A DNA stretch of 32,000 bases from Chlamydiota bacterium (GTDB taxonomy: Bacteria; Auribacterota; JACPWU01). The position numbers and the translations under genes were made by a program. Positions 23,518 to 31,334 of this stretch are shown piece by piece. Each line of letters opens with the position of its first letter. The stretch's first letter is position 1. The notes under the pieces are model-generated. The model was not told where the DNA came from. It ran no database searches and saw only the letters and a list, made by a program, of their open reading frames with translations. The stretch covers positions 94 to 32,093 of the forward strand of contig JACPWU010000058.1 in assembly GCA_016196885.1 (NCBI GenBank), in the 5' to 3' direction.

Positions 23518-25356
23518 ATGGTTGCTGTTAAGTCCAAAACTTCTGCCAATACGATTACCATCCGTTTTGCCGGTGATTCAGGAGATGGGATGCAGCTCAC
23601 CGGGGATCAATTCACCGATACCACGGCTGTGATGGGAAATGATTTTGCTACTTTTCCAGATTATCCTGCTGAAATTCGTGCGCCTCAAGGAACCTTGCCG
23701 GGTGTCTCCAGCTTTCAAATCCAATTTTCTGATAACATCATTTTTACACCTGGAGACCAAGCCGATGTCTTGGTCGCGATGAATCCAGCCGCCTTGAAGG
23801 TGAATTTGAAGACGGTTAAAAAGGGCGGGCTGATTATTGTAAATGAAAATTCCTTTGGCGAAGATCATTTGAAAAAAGCAGCTTGGAAGACGAACCCCTT
23901 GGCAGACAATACGCTGAAAGATTTTCAGGTGCTTAAAGTTGCTCTCACCGATTTGACACGCAATGCTTTAAAGGATCATCCCTTGAAGGGTCAAGAAGTG
24001 GATCGCTGTAAAAATTTCTTTGCCTTGGGGATGATGTTTTGGATGTATGACCGAAGGTTTGAACATACAGTCGCGTGGATTGAAAAACGCTTTGCAAAAA
24101 GACCTGAGATGGTTGCTGCTAACATTGCGACATTGAAGGCGGGATTCAATTTTGCGGATATTACAGAGACTTTGCAGACCCAAATTCATGTGCCCAAGGC
24201 CCAATTAGAACCGGGTGTCTATCGGAAGATTACTGGAAATGAGGCGACTGCGATTGGATTTGTGACGGCGGCCCAGCTTGCAGGAAAAACTTTGTTTTAT
24301 GGTTCGTATCCGATTACGCCCGCGAGTTCTATTTTGCATGAGTTGGCCAAGCACAAAGTTTATGGGGTGAAAACTTTTCAGGCGGAAGACGAGATTGCAG
24401 CCATAGGCGCGGCGATTGGAGCTTCTTTTGGAGGACAGTTAGGAATTACGGGAACGAGCGGCCCGGGTGTTTGCCTGAAATCAGAGGCCTTGAATTTAGC
24501 GGTGATGACAGAGCTTCCCCTGGTGGTGATTGATGTTCAGCGGGCGGGTCCTAGCACGGGAATGCCGACCAAGACGGAACAGGGAGATTTACTCCAAGTA
24601 ATGTACGGCCGTAACGGCGATTCTCCTGTTGCTGTCATTGCACCCAAGACTCCTTCTGACTGTTTTCAAATGGCTCTTGAAGCCGTTCGTTTGGCGGTGA
24701 AATACATGACGCCAGTGATCTTTTTATCCGAAGGTTATTTGGCTGAGGCGGCCGAGCCTTGGAAACTTCCAGAAATAGAAAAGTTGCCCAAAATCGAAAT
24801 TCGTCATCCCAAAGAAGAAAAAGATCCGTTTTTACCTTACTCAAGAAATCCTGAAACACTGGCCCGTCCATGGGCTGTTCCGGGCACTCCGGGTCTGGGG
24901 CATCGGATCGGAGGATTGTCCAAAGCTGATTTAACGGGCAATGTGAGCTATGACCCTGACAACAATCAGAAAATGATTCTTTTGCGCCGAGAAAAAGTCG
25001 CGAAAATCGCCAATGATATTCCAGACCTGACAGTAGAAGGACCCGGATCAGGAAAATTATTGGTGTTGGGATGGGGTGGGACTTTCGGAGCCATTTATCA
25101 AGCAATTTCTGATTTGACTCAGGAGGGTGTCAAGGTTTCTCATGCCCATTTGAATTATTTAAATCCCTTTCCCAAAAATTTGAAGAATGTGTTATCTCGT
25201 TTTGAAAAAATTTTAGTTCCAGAATTAAACATGGGACAGTTGATTATGATTTTACGTGATCATTTTCCGGGTGTGAATTTTTTAGGTCTCAATAAAATGC
25301 AAGGGCATCCGTTTTCGGTTTTTGAAATGAAAAATAAAATTAGGGAATTACTATGA
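23518..25356 (+). CDS. korA: 2-oxoacid:ferredoxin oxidoreductase subunit alpha (fused gamma-alpha, KorA-type)
   Basis: 612 aa. Gamma-domain start ITIRFAGDSGDGMQLTG, then the alpha domain (YPITPASSILHEL, GTSGPGVCLKSEAL, VIDVQRAGPSTGMPT). Confidence 0.9.
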   Translation: MVAVKSKTSANTITIRFAGDSGDGMQLTGDQFTDTTAVMGNDFATFPDYPAEIRAPQGTLPGVSSFQIQFSDNIIFTPGDQADVLVAMNPAALKVNLKTVKKGGLIIVNENSFGEDHLKKAAWKTNPLADNTLKDFQVLKVALTDLTRNALKDHPLKGQEVDRCKNFFALGMMFWMYDRRFEHTVAWIEKRFAKRPEMVAANIATLKAGFNFADITETLQTQIHVPKAQLEPGVYRKITGNEATAIGFVTAAQLAGKTLFYGSYPITPASSILHELAKHKVYGVKTFQAEDEIAAIGAAIGASFGGQLGITGTSGPGVCLKSEALNLAVMTELPLVVIDVQRAGPSTGMPTKTEQGDLLQVMYGRNGDSPVAVIAPKTPSDCFQMALEAVRLAVKYMTPVIFLSEGYLAEAAEPWKLPEIEKLPKIEIRHPKEEKDPFLPYSRNPETLARPWAVPGTPGLGHRIGGLSKADLTGNVSYDPDNNQKMILLRREKVAKIANDIPDLTVEGPGSGKLLVLGWGGTFGAIYQAISDLTQEGVKVSHAHLNYLNPFPKNLKNVLSRFEKILVPELNMGQLIMILRDHFPGVNFLGLNKMQGHPFSVFEMKNKIRELL

Positions 25357-26375
25357 GTGAAGCTGTTTTGAAATTACCATACACCAAAGAAGATTTTGTT
25401 TCAGGTCAAGAGGTGAGGTGGTGTCCAGGCTGTGGAGATTATTCTATTCTCGCCACCATGCAAAGAACCTTGTCCAAATTTGATTTGCCTATTGAAAAAT
25501 ATGTTTTTGTTTCAGGAATTGGTTGTTCGAGCCGGTTTCCTTATTACATGAATACGTATGGATTTCATACCATTCATGGACGGGCGCCTACGATTGCGAC
25601 GGGCTTGAGATGCGTGAACCCTGAGCTTTCGATTTGGGTGATTACAGGAGATGGGGATGGCCTTAGCATTGGAGGGAATCATTTGATTCACTGCATGCGC
25701 CGAAATGTGGATATTAATATTTTGCTTGTGAACAATCGGATTTATGGATTGACGAAAGGGCAGTATTCTCCGACTTCTGAAAAAGGAAAAATCACCAAGT
25801 CTTCTCCCTATGGAACGATTGAGCAGCCGATCAATGCACTTTGTGTTGCCATTGCCTCAGAGGCCACTTTTATTGCGAGAACCCTGGATACTGATCCCAC
25901 CCACATGAGTTATATTTTGGAGCGGGCGGCCAAGCATAAAGGTGTTTCCTTTGTCGAGATTTATCAAAATTGTTTGATCTTTAATGACAAGGCCTTTGTC
26001 CCAGTGACCGGTCGAGAGACGCGTGAGGACCGCATGGTTTATTTAAAAGATGGACAGCCTCTCGTATTCGGTAAGAAAAAAGACAAGGCCATTCGATTGA
26101 AGGGGCTTTATCCTGAAGAGGTGAATTACACAGCGGGGGGAGACACGAAAGATCTCTTGATTCACAATGAGAAGGATGAGAATCCGCATTATGCCTATTT
26201 TTTGACTCAAATGGAACATCCTGAAATGCCGGTTCCTTTTGGTGTTTTTCGAGCCATCGAAAAACCGACCTATGATGAAATGTTGGATGAGCAGATTCGG
26301 CAAGCTCAAGTGAAAGGGAAAGGGGATTTGAAAAGCTTGATTTATGGGCCTAACACATGGAAGGTGGGATCATGA
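25353..26375 (+). CDS. korB: 2-oxoacid:ferredoxin oxidoreductase subunit beta (TPP-binding, KorB-type)
   Basis: RWCPGCGDYSIL, GIGCSSRFPYY and GDGDGLSIGGNH (TPP motif). The ATG overlaps the korA stop (ATGA). Confidence 0.9.
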   Translation: MSEAVLKLPYTKEDFVSGQEVRWCPGCGDYSILATMQRTLSKFDLPIEKYVFVSGIGCSSRFPYYMNTYGFHTIHGRAPTIATGLRCVNPELSIWVITGDGDGLSIGGNHLIHCMRRNVDINILLVNNRIYGLTKGQYSPTSEKGKITKSSPYGTIEQPINALCVAIASEATFIARTLDTDPTHMSYILERAAKHKGVSFVEIYQNCLIFNDKAFVPVTGRETREDRMVYLKDGQPLVFGKKKDKAIRLKGLYPEEVNYTAGGDTKDLLIHNEKDENPHYAYFLTQMEHPEMPVPFGVFRAIEKPTYDEMLDEQIRQAQVKGKGDLKSLIYGPNTWKVGS

Positions 26376-26902
26376 ATACCATTCAATGTCCAGCCTGTGG
26401 TTCTCAAAATCTAGCAGGGGAAGACAGGTGTGAGCAGTGCTTTCATTCGCTTATGCAAAGAGATTTGCCTCGAGCGAAAAAGGATGATGCGATTCAATCT
26501 GTGATGATGACAGCTCCCATTTTAGAGCTTCTCACGGGAAAAGATTTGCTGGTCGCAAGTACAACCGATACTGTTCAAAAAATTGTAAAGATTTTTCAGA
26601 AGGAAAATAAAAATTGCATCTTGGTTTATAAGAAGAAAAAAATGGTTGGTATTATCAGCTTTCGGGACCTTTTGTTAAAAGTCACTGGGAAAATTGAAGA
26701 TCTCTCCAAAGTGAAAGCCGAAGCTATCATGACCCCCAACCCCGAATATGTTCGGGCCGAAGACCCCATTGCCTATGCCGTAAATAAAATGGCCATGGGC
26801 GGCTTTAGACATCTTCCAGTTTTGGCTCGAGATGGGACCCCCTTGAGCATTATCATGATCAAGGATGTATTGAAATACCTCTCTAAGAGAAAAGAGAAGT
26901 AG
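26372..26902 (+). CDS. zinc-ribbon plus CBS domain pair protein
   Basis: N-terminal CPACGSQNLAGEDRCEQC zinc ribbon followed by two CBS repeats. The ATG at 26372 overlaps the korB stop (ATGA). Confidence 0.8.
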   Translation: MNTIQCPACGSQNLAGEDRCEQCFHSLMQRDLPRAKKDDAIQSVMMTAPILELLTGKDLLVASTTDTVQKIVKIFQKENKNCILVYKKKKMVGIISFRDLLLKVTGKIEDLSKVKAEAIMTPNPEYVRAEDPIAYAVNKMAMGGFRHLPVLARDGTPLSIIMIKDVLKYLSKRKEK

Positions 26903-26943
26903 AATTAATCTTTCCCCAATAGACTACAAACTCAATAATCGTA

Positions 26944-26972
26944 TTGACTTTATGCGAGTAATTATGTATATA
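26944..26972 (+). promoter_or_regulatory. candidate sigma70-type promoter for the ATPase gene
   Basis: TTGACT (26944-26949), 17-nt spacer, TATATA (26967-26972). Confidence 0.4.
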
Positions 26973-26996
26973 TAAAGTATATATTTATATATACAT
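26964..26996. promoter_or_regulatory. perfect 12-bp-arm palindrome overlapping the -10 and the start codon
   Basis: ATGTATATATAA (26964-26975), a 9-nt spacer, then TTATATATACAT (26985-26996). The right arm contains the first two nucleotides of the annotated ATG (26995-26997). Confidence 0.45.
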
Positions 26997-28134
26997 GTAT
27001 AAGAGAATATTAACCTTAGATAAGTTTTCTCATGAGAGTTCTTTCTTGTGGGGACCCCGTCAAACTGGGAAGAGTACTCTGTTAGAGCAGCTTTTTCCTG
27101 ATGCGCCTTATTATGATCTTTTACTTTCAGATGTGGTCACTCGTTTCCAAGTGAAACCCTCGCTTTTAAGGGAAGAGCTTTTATCCAGTCCCCCTCACGG
27201 GCCAGTCATTCTCGATGAAATCCAGAAGGTTCCAGAACTTTTAGATGAAATCCAGTGGCTGATGACTAAGAAAAATATCCATTTTATTCTGTGTGGATCT
27301 AGTGCAAGAAAACTGAAAAGGACGGGAGCTAATCTTTTGGGAGGCAGGGCCATTCGGTATCAACTTTATCCTCTCGTGTTTCCTGAAATCTCTGATTTTG
27401 ATCTCATAAAGGCTTTGAATCATGGTTTGCTCCCACGTCATTATCTTTCTAAAGAGCCACAGGAACTCGTCGAGTCCTATATTGCCGATTACCTTCAACA
27501 TGAAATCGCTGCGGAGTCTCTTGTACGTAATCTCCCTTCCTTTCACCGCTTTCTTGAAGTGGCGGCTTTCAGCAATGGTGAGATTCCTGTTTTTAGTAAC
27601 ATTGCGTCAGATTGTGGTGTGAGCTCTCCCACCGTGAGGGAGTATTTTGAAATTCTACAGGATACTCTGATAGGCTCTTTTTGTCCGGCCTATCTGAAAC
27701 GGCTTAAGCGTCGTTTAATTCAGTCACCTAAATTTTATTATTTTGATGTGGGGATCGCAAATTTTCTTCTTAAAAGAGGTTTTATTCAATATGGATCGGA
27801 ATCTTTTGGGAGAGCTTTTGAACATTTTATCTACCAAGAAGTAATAGCTCATTCGCAATACTCTCGCAAGAAGTACCCTGTCAGTTATTGGAGAACTTCT
27901 TCAGAATACGAAGTGGACTTTATTCTGGGGGACGCCATGATTGCACTAGAGGTGAAAGGAGTCCCGCTGGTCAATTCAAAACACCTTAAAGGTCTTCAGA
28001 TGTTTTGCGAAGATTATGCAGTGAAAAAAGCTATAGTGGTTTCGCTGGATCCCCGGCCTAGAAAAATGGGTGACATTGAAATTCTTCCCTGGAAAAAATT
28101 TCTTGAAGCGCTTTGGTCTGGAGAACTTATTTAA
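26995..28134 (+). CDS. AAA_14 ATPase with DUF4143 C-terminal domain (PD-(D/E)xK nuclease-like motif visible)
   Basis: Walker A GPRQTGKSTLL and Walker B-like VILDEIQ. C-terminal YEVDFILGDAMIALEVKG has the D...E-x-K arrangement typical of restriction-endonuclease-fold domains. No SD precedes the ATG. Confidence 0.85.
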   Translation: MYKRILTLDKFSHESSFLWGPRQTGKSTLLEQLFPDAPYYDLLLSDVVTRFQVKPSLLREELLSSPPHGPVILDEIQKVPELLDEIQWLMTKKNIHFILCGSSARKLKRTGANLLGGRAIRYQLYPLVFPEISDFDLIKALNHGLLPRHYLSKEPQELVESYIADYLQHEIAAESLVRNLPSFHRFLEVAAFSNGEIPVFSNIASDCGVSSPTVREYFEILQDTLIGSFCPAYLKRLKRRLIQSPKFYYFDVGIANFLLKRGFIQYGSESFGRAFEHFIYQEVIAHSQYSRKKYPVSYWRTSSEYEVDFILGDAMIALEVKGVPLVNSKHLKGLQMFCEDYAVKKAIVVSLDPRPRKMGDIEILPWKKFLEALWSGELI

Positions 28135-28225
28135 ACATGATTTCTCACAAATTGAAACGATCGTCAGAAAAAGAGTAAGTGGGTCGAAGCGAGAGGGGGA
28201 ACTCAGGACAGGTGCAAATAAATTC

Positions 28226-28254
28226 TTGACAGTTTTTCAATTCTCATTTAGATT
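28226..28254 (+). promoter_or_regulatory. candidate sigma70-type promoter of the Fur-family gene
   Basis: TTGACA (28226-28231), 17-nt spacer, TAGATT (28249-28254). Confidence 0.5.
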
Positions 28255-28260
28255 CTATCC

Positions 28261-28281
28261 AATTTAGATTTAGTCTCAATT
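28261..28281. promoter_or_regulatory. candidate Fur-family operator (10-1-10 palindrome), autoregulatory position
   Basis: AATTTAGATT-T-AGTCTCAATT, with arms complementary at 8 of 10 positions. It lies immediately downstream of the -10 and shares architecture and sequence with the box at 28751-28771. Confidence 0.5.
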
Positions 28282-28283
28282 AA

Positions 28284-28730
28284 ATGAAAACTCAAACGGA
28301 TATGCCAAATCGGTTTACTTCATTTCTTGAGGATAGAGGTCTTAAGTTGACGTACGAGCGGAGATATCTTTTTGAAAAAGTCTCGCGTTTGAAAGGACAC
28401 TTTAATGCAGATTCTCTTTATGAGTCTCTTCAGAGAGACAAGGCTCGCATTGCTCGGGGGACGGTTTACCGGACCATTCCGCTTCTTTTGGAGAGTGGGG
28501 TCATTCAGAAGTCGGTAGGTGAGGGAAAAAGAGAGTTTTTCGAGAGCCAGACGGGAAAAGAGCATCACGATCATCTGGTATGTTTGAAATGTCATAAAGT
28601 GATTGAGTTTCACTCGGATGAGATTGAGAAGTTTCAAGATCAGATTTGTGAAAAATATGACTTTGAAATGGTTTTTCATGATCACCGAATGTATGGACAC
28701 TGCGGGAGTTGTAAGGAAAAAAAGAAGTAG
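28284..28730 (+). CDS. fur: Fur family transcriptional regulator (metal specificity unknown)
   Basis: wHTH region (RGTVYRTIPLLLESGVI), HHDHLVCLKCHKVIEF and a C-terminal CGSC (two CxxC pairs). The start could be the ATG at 28302. Confidence 0.85.
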   Translation: MKTQTDMPNRFTSFLEDRGLKLTYERRYLFEKVSRLKGHFNADSLYESLQRDKARIARGTVYRTIPLLLESGVIQKSVGEGKREFFESQTGKEHHDHLVCLKCHKVIEFHSDEIEKFQDQICEKYDFEMVFHDHRMYGHCGSCKEKKK

Positions 28731-28750
28731 GGAAATTTTTTTTAATTTTC

Positions 28751-28771
28751 AATTGAGACTCTGTCTCAATT
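28751..28771. promoter_or_regulatory. candidate Fur-family operator upstream of the OMP/FMN-bind/apbE operon
   Basis: AATTGAGACT-C-TGTCTCAATT, with arms complementary at 9 of 10 positions. It lies 22 nt upstream of the ATG at 28793 (RBS AAGGAGG at 28781-28787). Confidence 0.55.
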
Positions 28772-28792
28772 AGAACAAGAAAGGAGGATGTT

Positions 28793-29746
28793 ATGAGGTT
28801 TGAAAATAAGGTGAAGAAGGTTTATCGTGGGTTAGGATTAAAAATCTCTTTGTTTGCAATAGGGGTCTTGGGCTTTGCGGCATCTGCTTTTGCACATGAA
28901 AGTGTTTTCGCTTGGACATATACGACAGATTTGTTACCCAAAGGGAGATGGGAGATTGAGCATTGGACGACGGCTCGATTGGAAAAAGAGCATGGAACTT
29001 ACAACGTCGTTGATTTTCGTGAGGAGTTTGAGTACGGGGTCACAGATAATTTTGGTGTGTCCCTCTATTTGAACCATCATGATGTGAATGCTAAAGAGAG
29101 TGTTCCTCAAGAGGATCCCAATAACTCAGGGCATCGCTTGCCCGGAAGCTTTGAAACGGGAGGCGAAGACATACACGCGGATCATGATCCCTCTCTTCCT
29201 TTTGATTCTTATCATTTTGAATCTGTTTCGGTGGAACTTATTTATCGGATTTTAAGCCCCTATAAGGATCCAATCGGTTTGGCTTTGTATTTAGAGCCCG
29301 AGTTTGGGGATGAAGAGACAGAGATAGAATCAAAAATTCTTTTGCAAAAAAATTGGTTGGAGGATCAGTTGGTCTGGGCGCTCAACTTGAATTATGCACT
29401 TGAATTTGAAAAGGAGGAGGAAGGGGAATACGAAAGGGACGCCAAATTTGAATGGTTTACGGGGCTTTCGTATCGTTTTATTTCAAACTGGTCCTTTGGT
29501 TTAGAATTCTGGAATCATCATGAATTTGCGGATGCAACAGAGCATGAGCATTCTGCTTATTTTCTTGGGCCGACGCTGCATTATGGAGCCAAAAATTGGT
29601 GGGCATCCTTAGGATTTTTACATCAGCTTCCAATTGGACAGGCAATTTCCGAAGACAATAAAGAATTTGCTGAGCACGATGGCTATATTTTTGGCGATGA
29701 ACATGAAAAGTATTATATTCGCCTGAAGATCGGGATTAATTTCTAA
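28793..29746 (+). CDS. putative outer-membrane beta-barrel protein, His/Glu-rich
   Basis: Signal peptide (..ISLFAIGVLGFAASAFA/HE). Alternating amphipathic segments. C-terminus ..YYIRLKIGINF ends in Phe, which is OMP-typical. About 17 His by my count, often in HxH, HH or EH clusters. Confidence 0.55.
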   Translation: MRFENKVKKVYRGLGLKISLFAIGVLGFAASAFAHESVFAWTYTTDLLPKGRWEIEHWTTARLEKEHGTYNVVDFREEFEYGVTDNFGVSLYLNHHDVNAKESVPQEDPNNSGHRLPGSFETGGEDIHADHDPSLPFDSYHFESVSVELIYRILSPYKDPIGLALYLEPEFGDEETEIESKILLQKNWLEDQLVWALNLNYALEFEKEEEGEYERDAKFEWFTGLSYRFISNWSFGLEFWNHHEFADATEHEHSAYFLGPTLHYGAKNWWASLGFLHQLPIGQAISEDNKEFAEHDGYIFGDEHEKYYIRLKIGINF

Positions 29747-29756
29747 GAGGCACAAT

Positions 29757-30296
29757 ATGAAAAGGTTTGGGAAAACTTTAAGATGGTTGACAGTGCCTGG
29801 GATTGTCATTGTGATGGATGCTCCTTCTTATGCTGAAGTGTATTTAAGTGTGGAGCAAGCGCAGCAAGTCATTTTTCCTGGAGAAGGCTTCTCAGAAATA
29901 CCTTTACAATTGAGCAGCTATCAAAAAGCTGAGATTAAGAAGCGCTCTGGGATTGCAGTTCGAGATCGCGGGATGCGCGTCTGGAAAACAGGCAAAGGAG
30001 ATTTTTTGATTGTAGATACGGTGCTTGGAAAACATGAGTTTATTACCTATGCAGTGGGGATTCTTTCTGATGGAACGGTCCGTCAAATTGAAATCATGGA
30101 TTATCGAGAAACTTATGGTTATCAAATACGGGATGAGGTTTGGCGTAAACAATTTGTTGGGAAGAATGCACAATCTGAGTTAATGCTGGATAAAGATATT
30201 AAGAATATCAGTGGGGCGACTCTTTCGTGTCGTCACATCACAGATGGGGTGAAGCGACTGCTGGCAACTTATGAGACCGTCTTTCGAAAAAAATAA
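29757..30296 (+). CDS. secreted FMN-binding domain protein (ApbE substrate type)
   Basis: N-terminal signal sequence (LRWLTVPGIVIVMDAPSYA/EV) and a C-terminal FMN_bind motif DIKNISGATLSCRHI ([S/T]GAT flavinylation site). Confidence 0.8.
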   Translation: MKRFGKTLRWLTVPGIVIVMDAPSYAEVYLSVEQAQQVIFPGEGFSEIPLQLSSYQKAEIKKRSGIAVRDRGMRVWKTGKGDFLIVDTVLGKHEFITYAVGILSDGTVRQIEIMDYRETYGYQIRDEVWRKQFVGKNAQSELMLDKDIKNISGATLSCRHITDGVKRLLATYETVFRKK

Positions 30297-31128
30297 TCGG
30301 ATTAGAAGAGCGAGACCTTTGTTGGGGACTTTTGTTGAAGTGTCCCTCTTGGAATCTGAGTCTCAAAAGACGCAAGAAGCCATTGATCAGGCTTTTGAAG
30401 TGATTTATCAAGTTCATTGCTTGATGAGTTTTCACAATTCGATGAGTGATGTGTCGAGGCTTAACCGTGGGGCCTTTCAGGAACCGGTGAAAGTGCATCC
30501 CTGGACTTATGAAGTTTTGAAAAAGTCAGCGGAACTTTCTCTTTTAACAAAAGGTCTTTTTGATTGCACGGTTGCTCCTCAATTGGTTAAGTGGGAATAT
30601 TTGCCAGGACAGGTTGAAAAGAAGAGCAAGAGTTGGGGTTCTTACGAGGATATTAAATTTTTAAGTGCCCATAAAATCAGTTTTAGAAATCCCTTGATGA
30701 TTGATCTAGGAGGGATTGCCAAAGGGTTTGCAGTGGACCAGGCGGTGACCGTTCTAAAGTCAGCGGGAATGAAGAACGGTTCTGTGAATGCTGGAGGGGA
30801 TCTTAAAATTTTTGGTCGAAAAAATCAGCCTGTGTATGTGAAGTCTCCAAGTCGCCCGAGCGATCTTGTGTTAATAGGGGAAGTCAAAGAGATGTCTGTG
30901 GCAACTTCCTCCCATTATTATTCGAGAAAATATTTAAAGGGTCGTCAGGTGAGTTCCATTATGAATCCTCTCCAAAATAAACCTTGTCTCAAAAAATGGA
31001 GCGTTTCTGTTATGGCTTCCTCTTGCATGACAGCGGATGCCTTGACAAAGGTGGTGATGCTAGCTGGAGATGCTGCAAAATCATTTTTGGAAAAATATGA
31101 GGCACGGGCGGTGATTATTAGAAAATAG
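30271..31128 (+). CDS. apbE: FAD:protein FMN transferase (ApbE family)
   Basis: RPLLGTFVEVSL, MIDLGGIAKGFAVDQAV, NAGGDL and TADALTK are ApbE motifs. It overlaps the FMN-binding gene by 26 nt. No signal peptide or lipobox is visible. Confidence 0.88.
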   Translation: MRPSFEKNNRIRRARPLLGTFVEVSLLESESQKTQEAIDQAFEVIYQVHCLMSFHNSMSDVSRLNRGAFQEPVKVHPWTYEVLKKSAELSLLTKGLFDCTVAPQLVKWEYLPGQVEKKSKSWGSYEDIKFLSAHKISFRNPLMIDLGGIAKGFAVDQAVTVLKSAGMKNGSVNAGGDLKIFGRKNQPVYVKSPSRPSDLVLIGEVKEMSVATSSHYYSRKYLKGRQVSSIMNPLQNKPCLKKWSVSVMASSCMTADALTKVVMLAGDAAKSFLEKYEARAVIIRK

Positions 31129-31334
31129 GACTATGGAAAATGAAGTAACTCCCCCATCCCCTCTTGTTATGCGTTTTGTAGTCGCCCCATTTATGGGGCT
31201 GCCCGATGAATCGGGCGACTACAAAAAAACATAATGGGGAGGACTTTCATCCTCTACGATGATCTCGAAAGATCATTGGAATTAAACTAAGAGGGGAGAG
31301 ACTCTCCCCTTAGATAAGGGGAGTTGGAGGGGTT
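31129..31334. repeat. composite structured intergenic repeat (second copy of the TAACTCCCC...GGAGGGGTTA type element with a different internal module)
   Basis: 14-bp stem TTTTGTAGTCGCCC (31174-31187) / GGGCGACTACAAAA (31213-31226) encloses GCCCGA-TGAA-TCGGGC (31201-31216). Hairpin ATGATCT-CGAA-AGATCAT (31259-31276). The terminal module ACTCTCCCCTTAGATAAGGGGAGTTGGAGGGGTTA (31301-31335) is homologous to 13231-13268. Confidence 0.5.

Noticed and set aside
31174-31226. Cloverleaf-like three-helix structure as a possible tRNA or tRNA-like gene
   Set aside because: It has no T-loop GTTCRANYC, no D-loop or anticodon-arm geometry, and the wrong length (about 53 nt). The sequence type matches dispersed REP-like repeats rather than tRNA.
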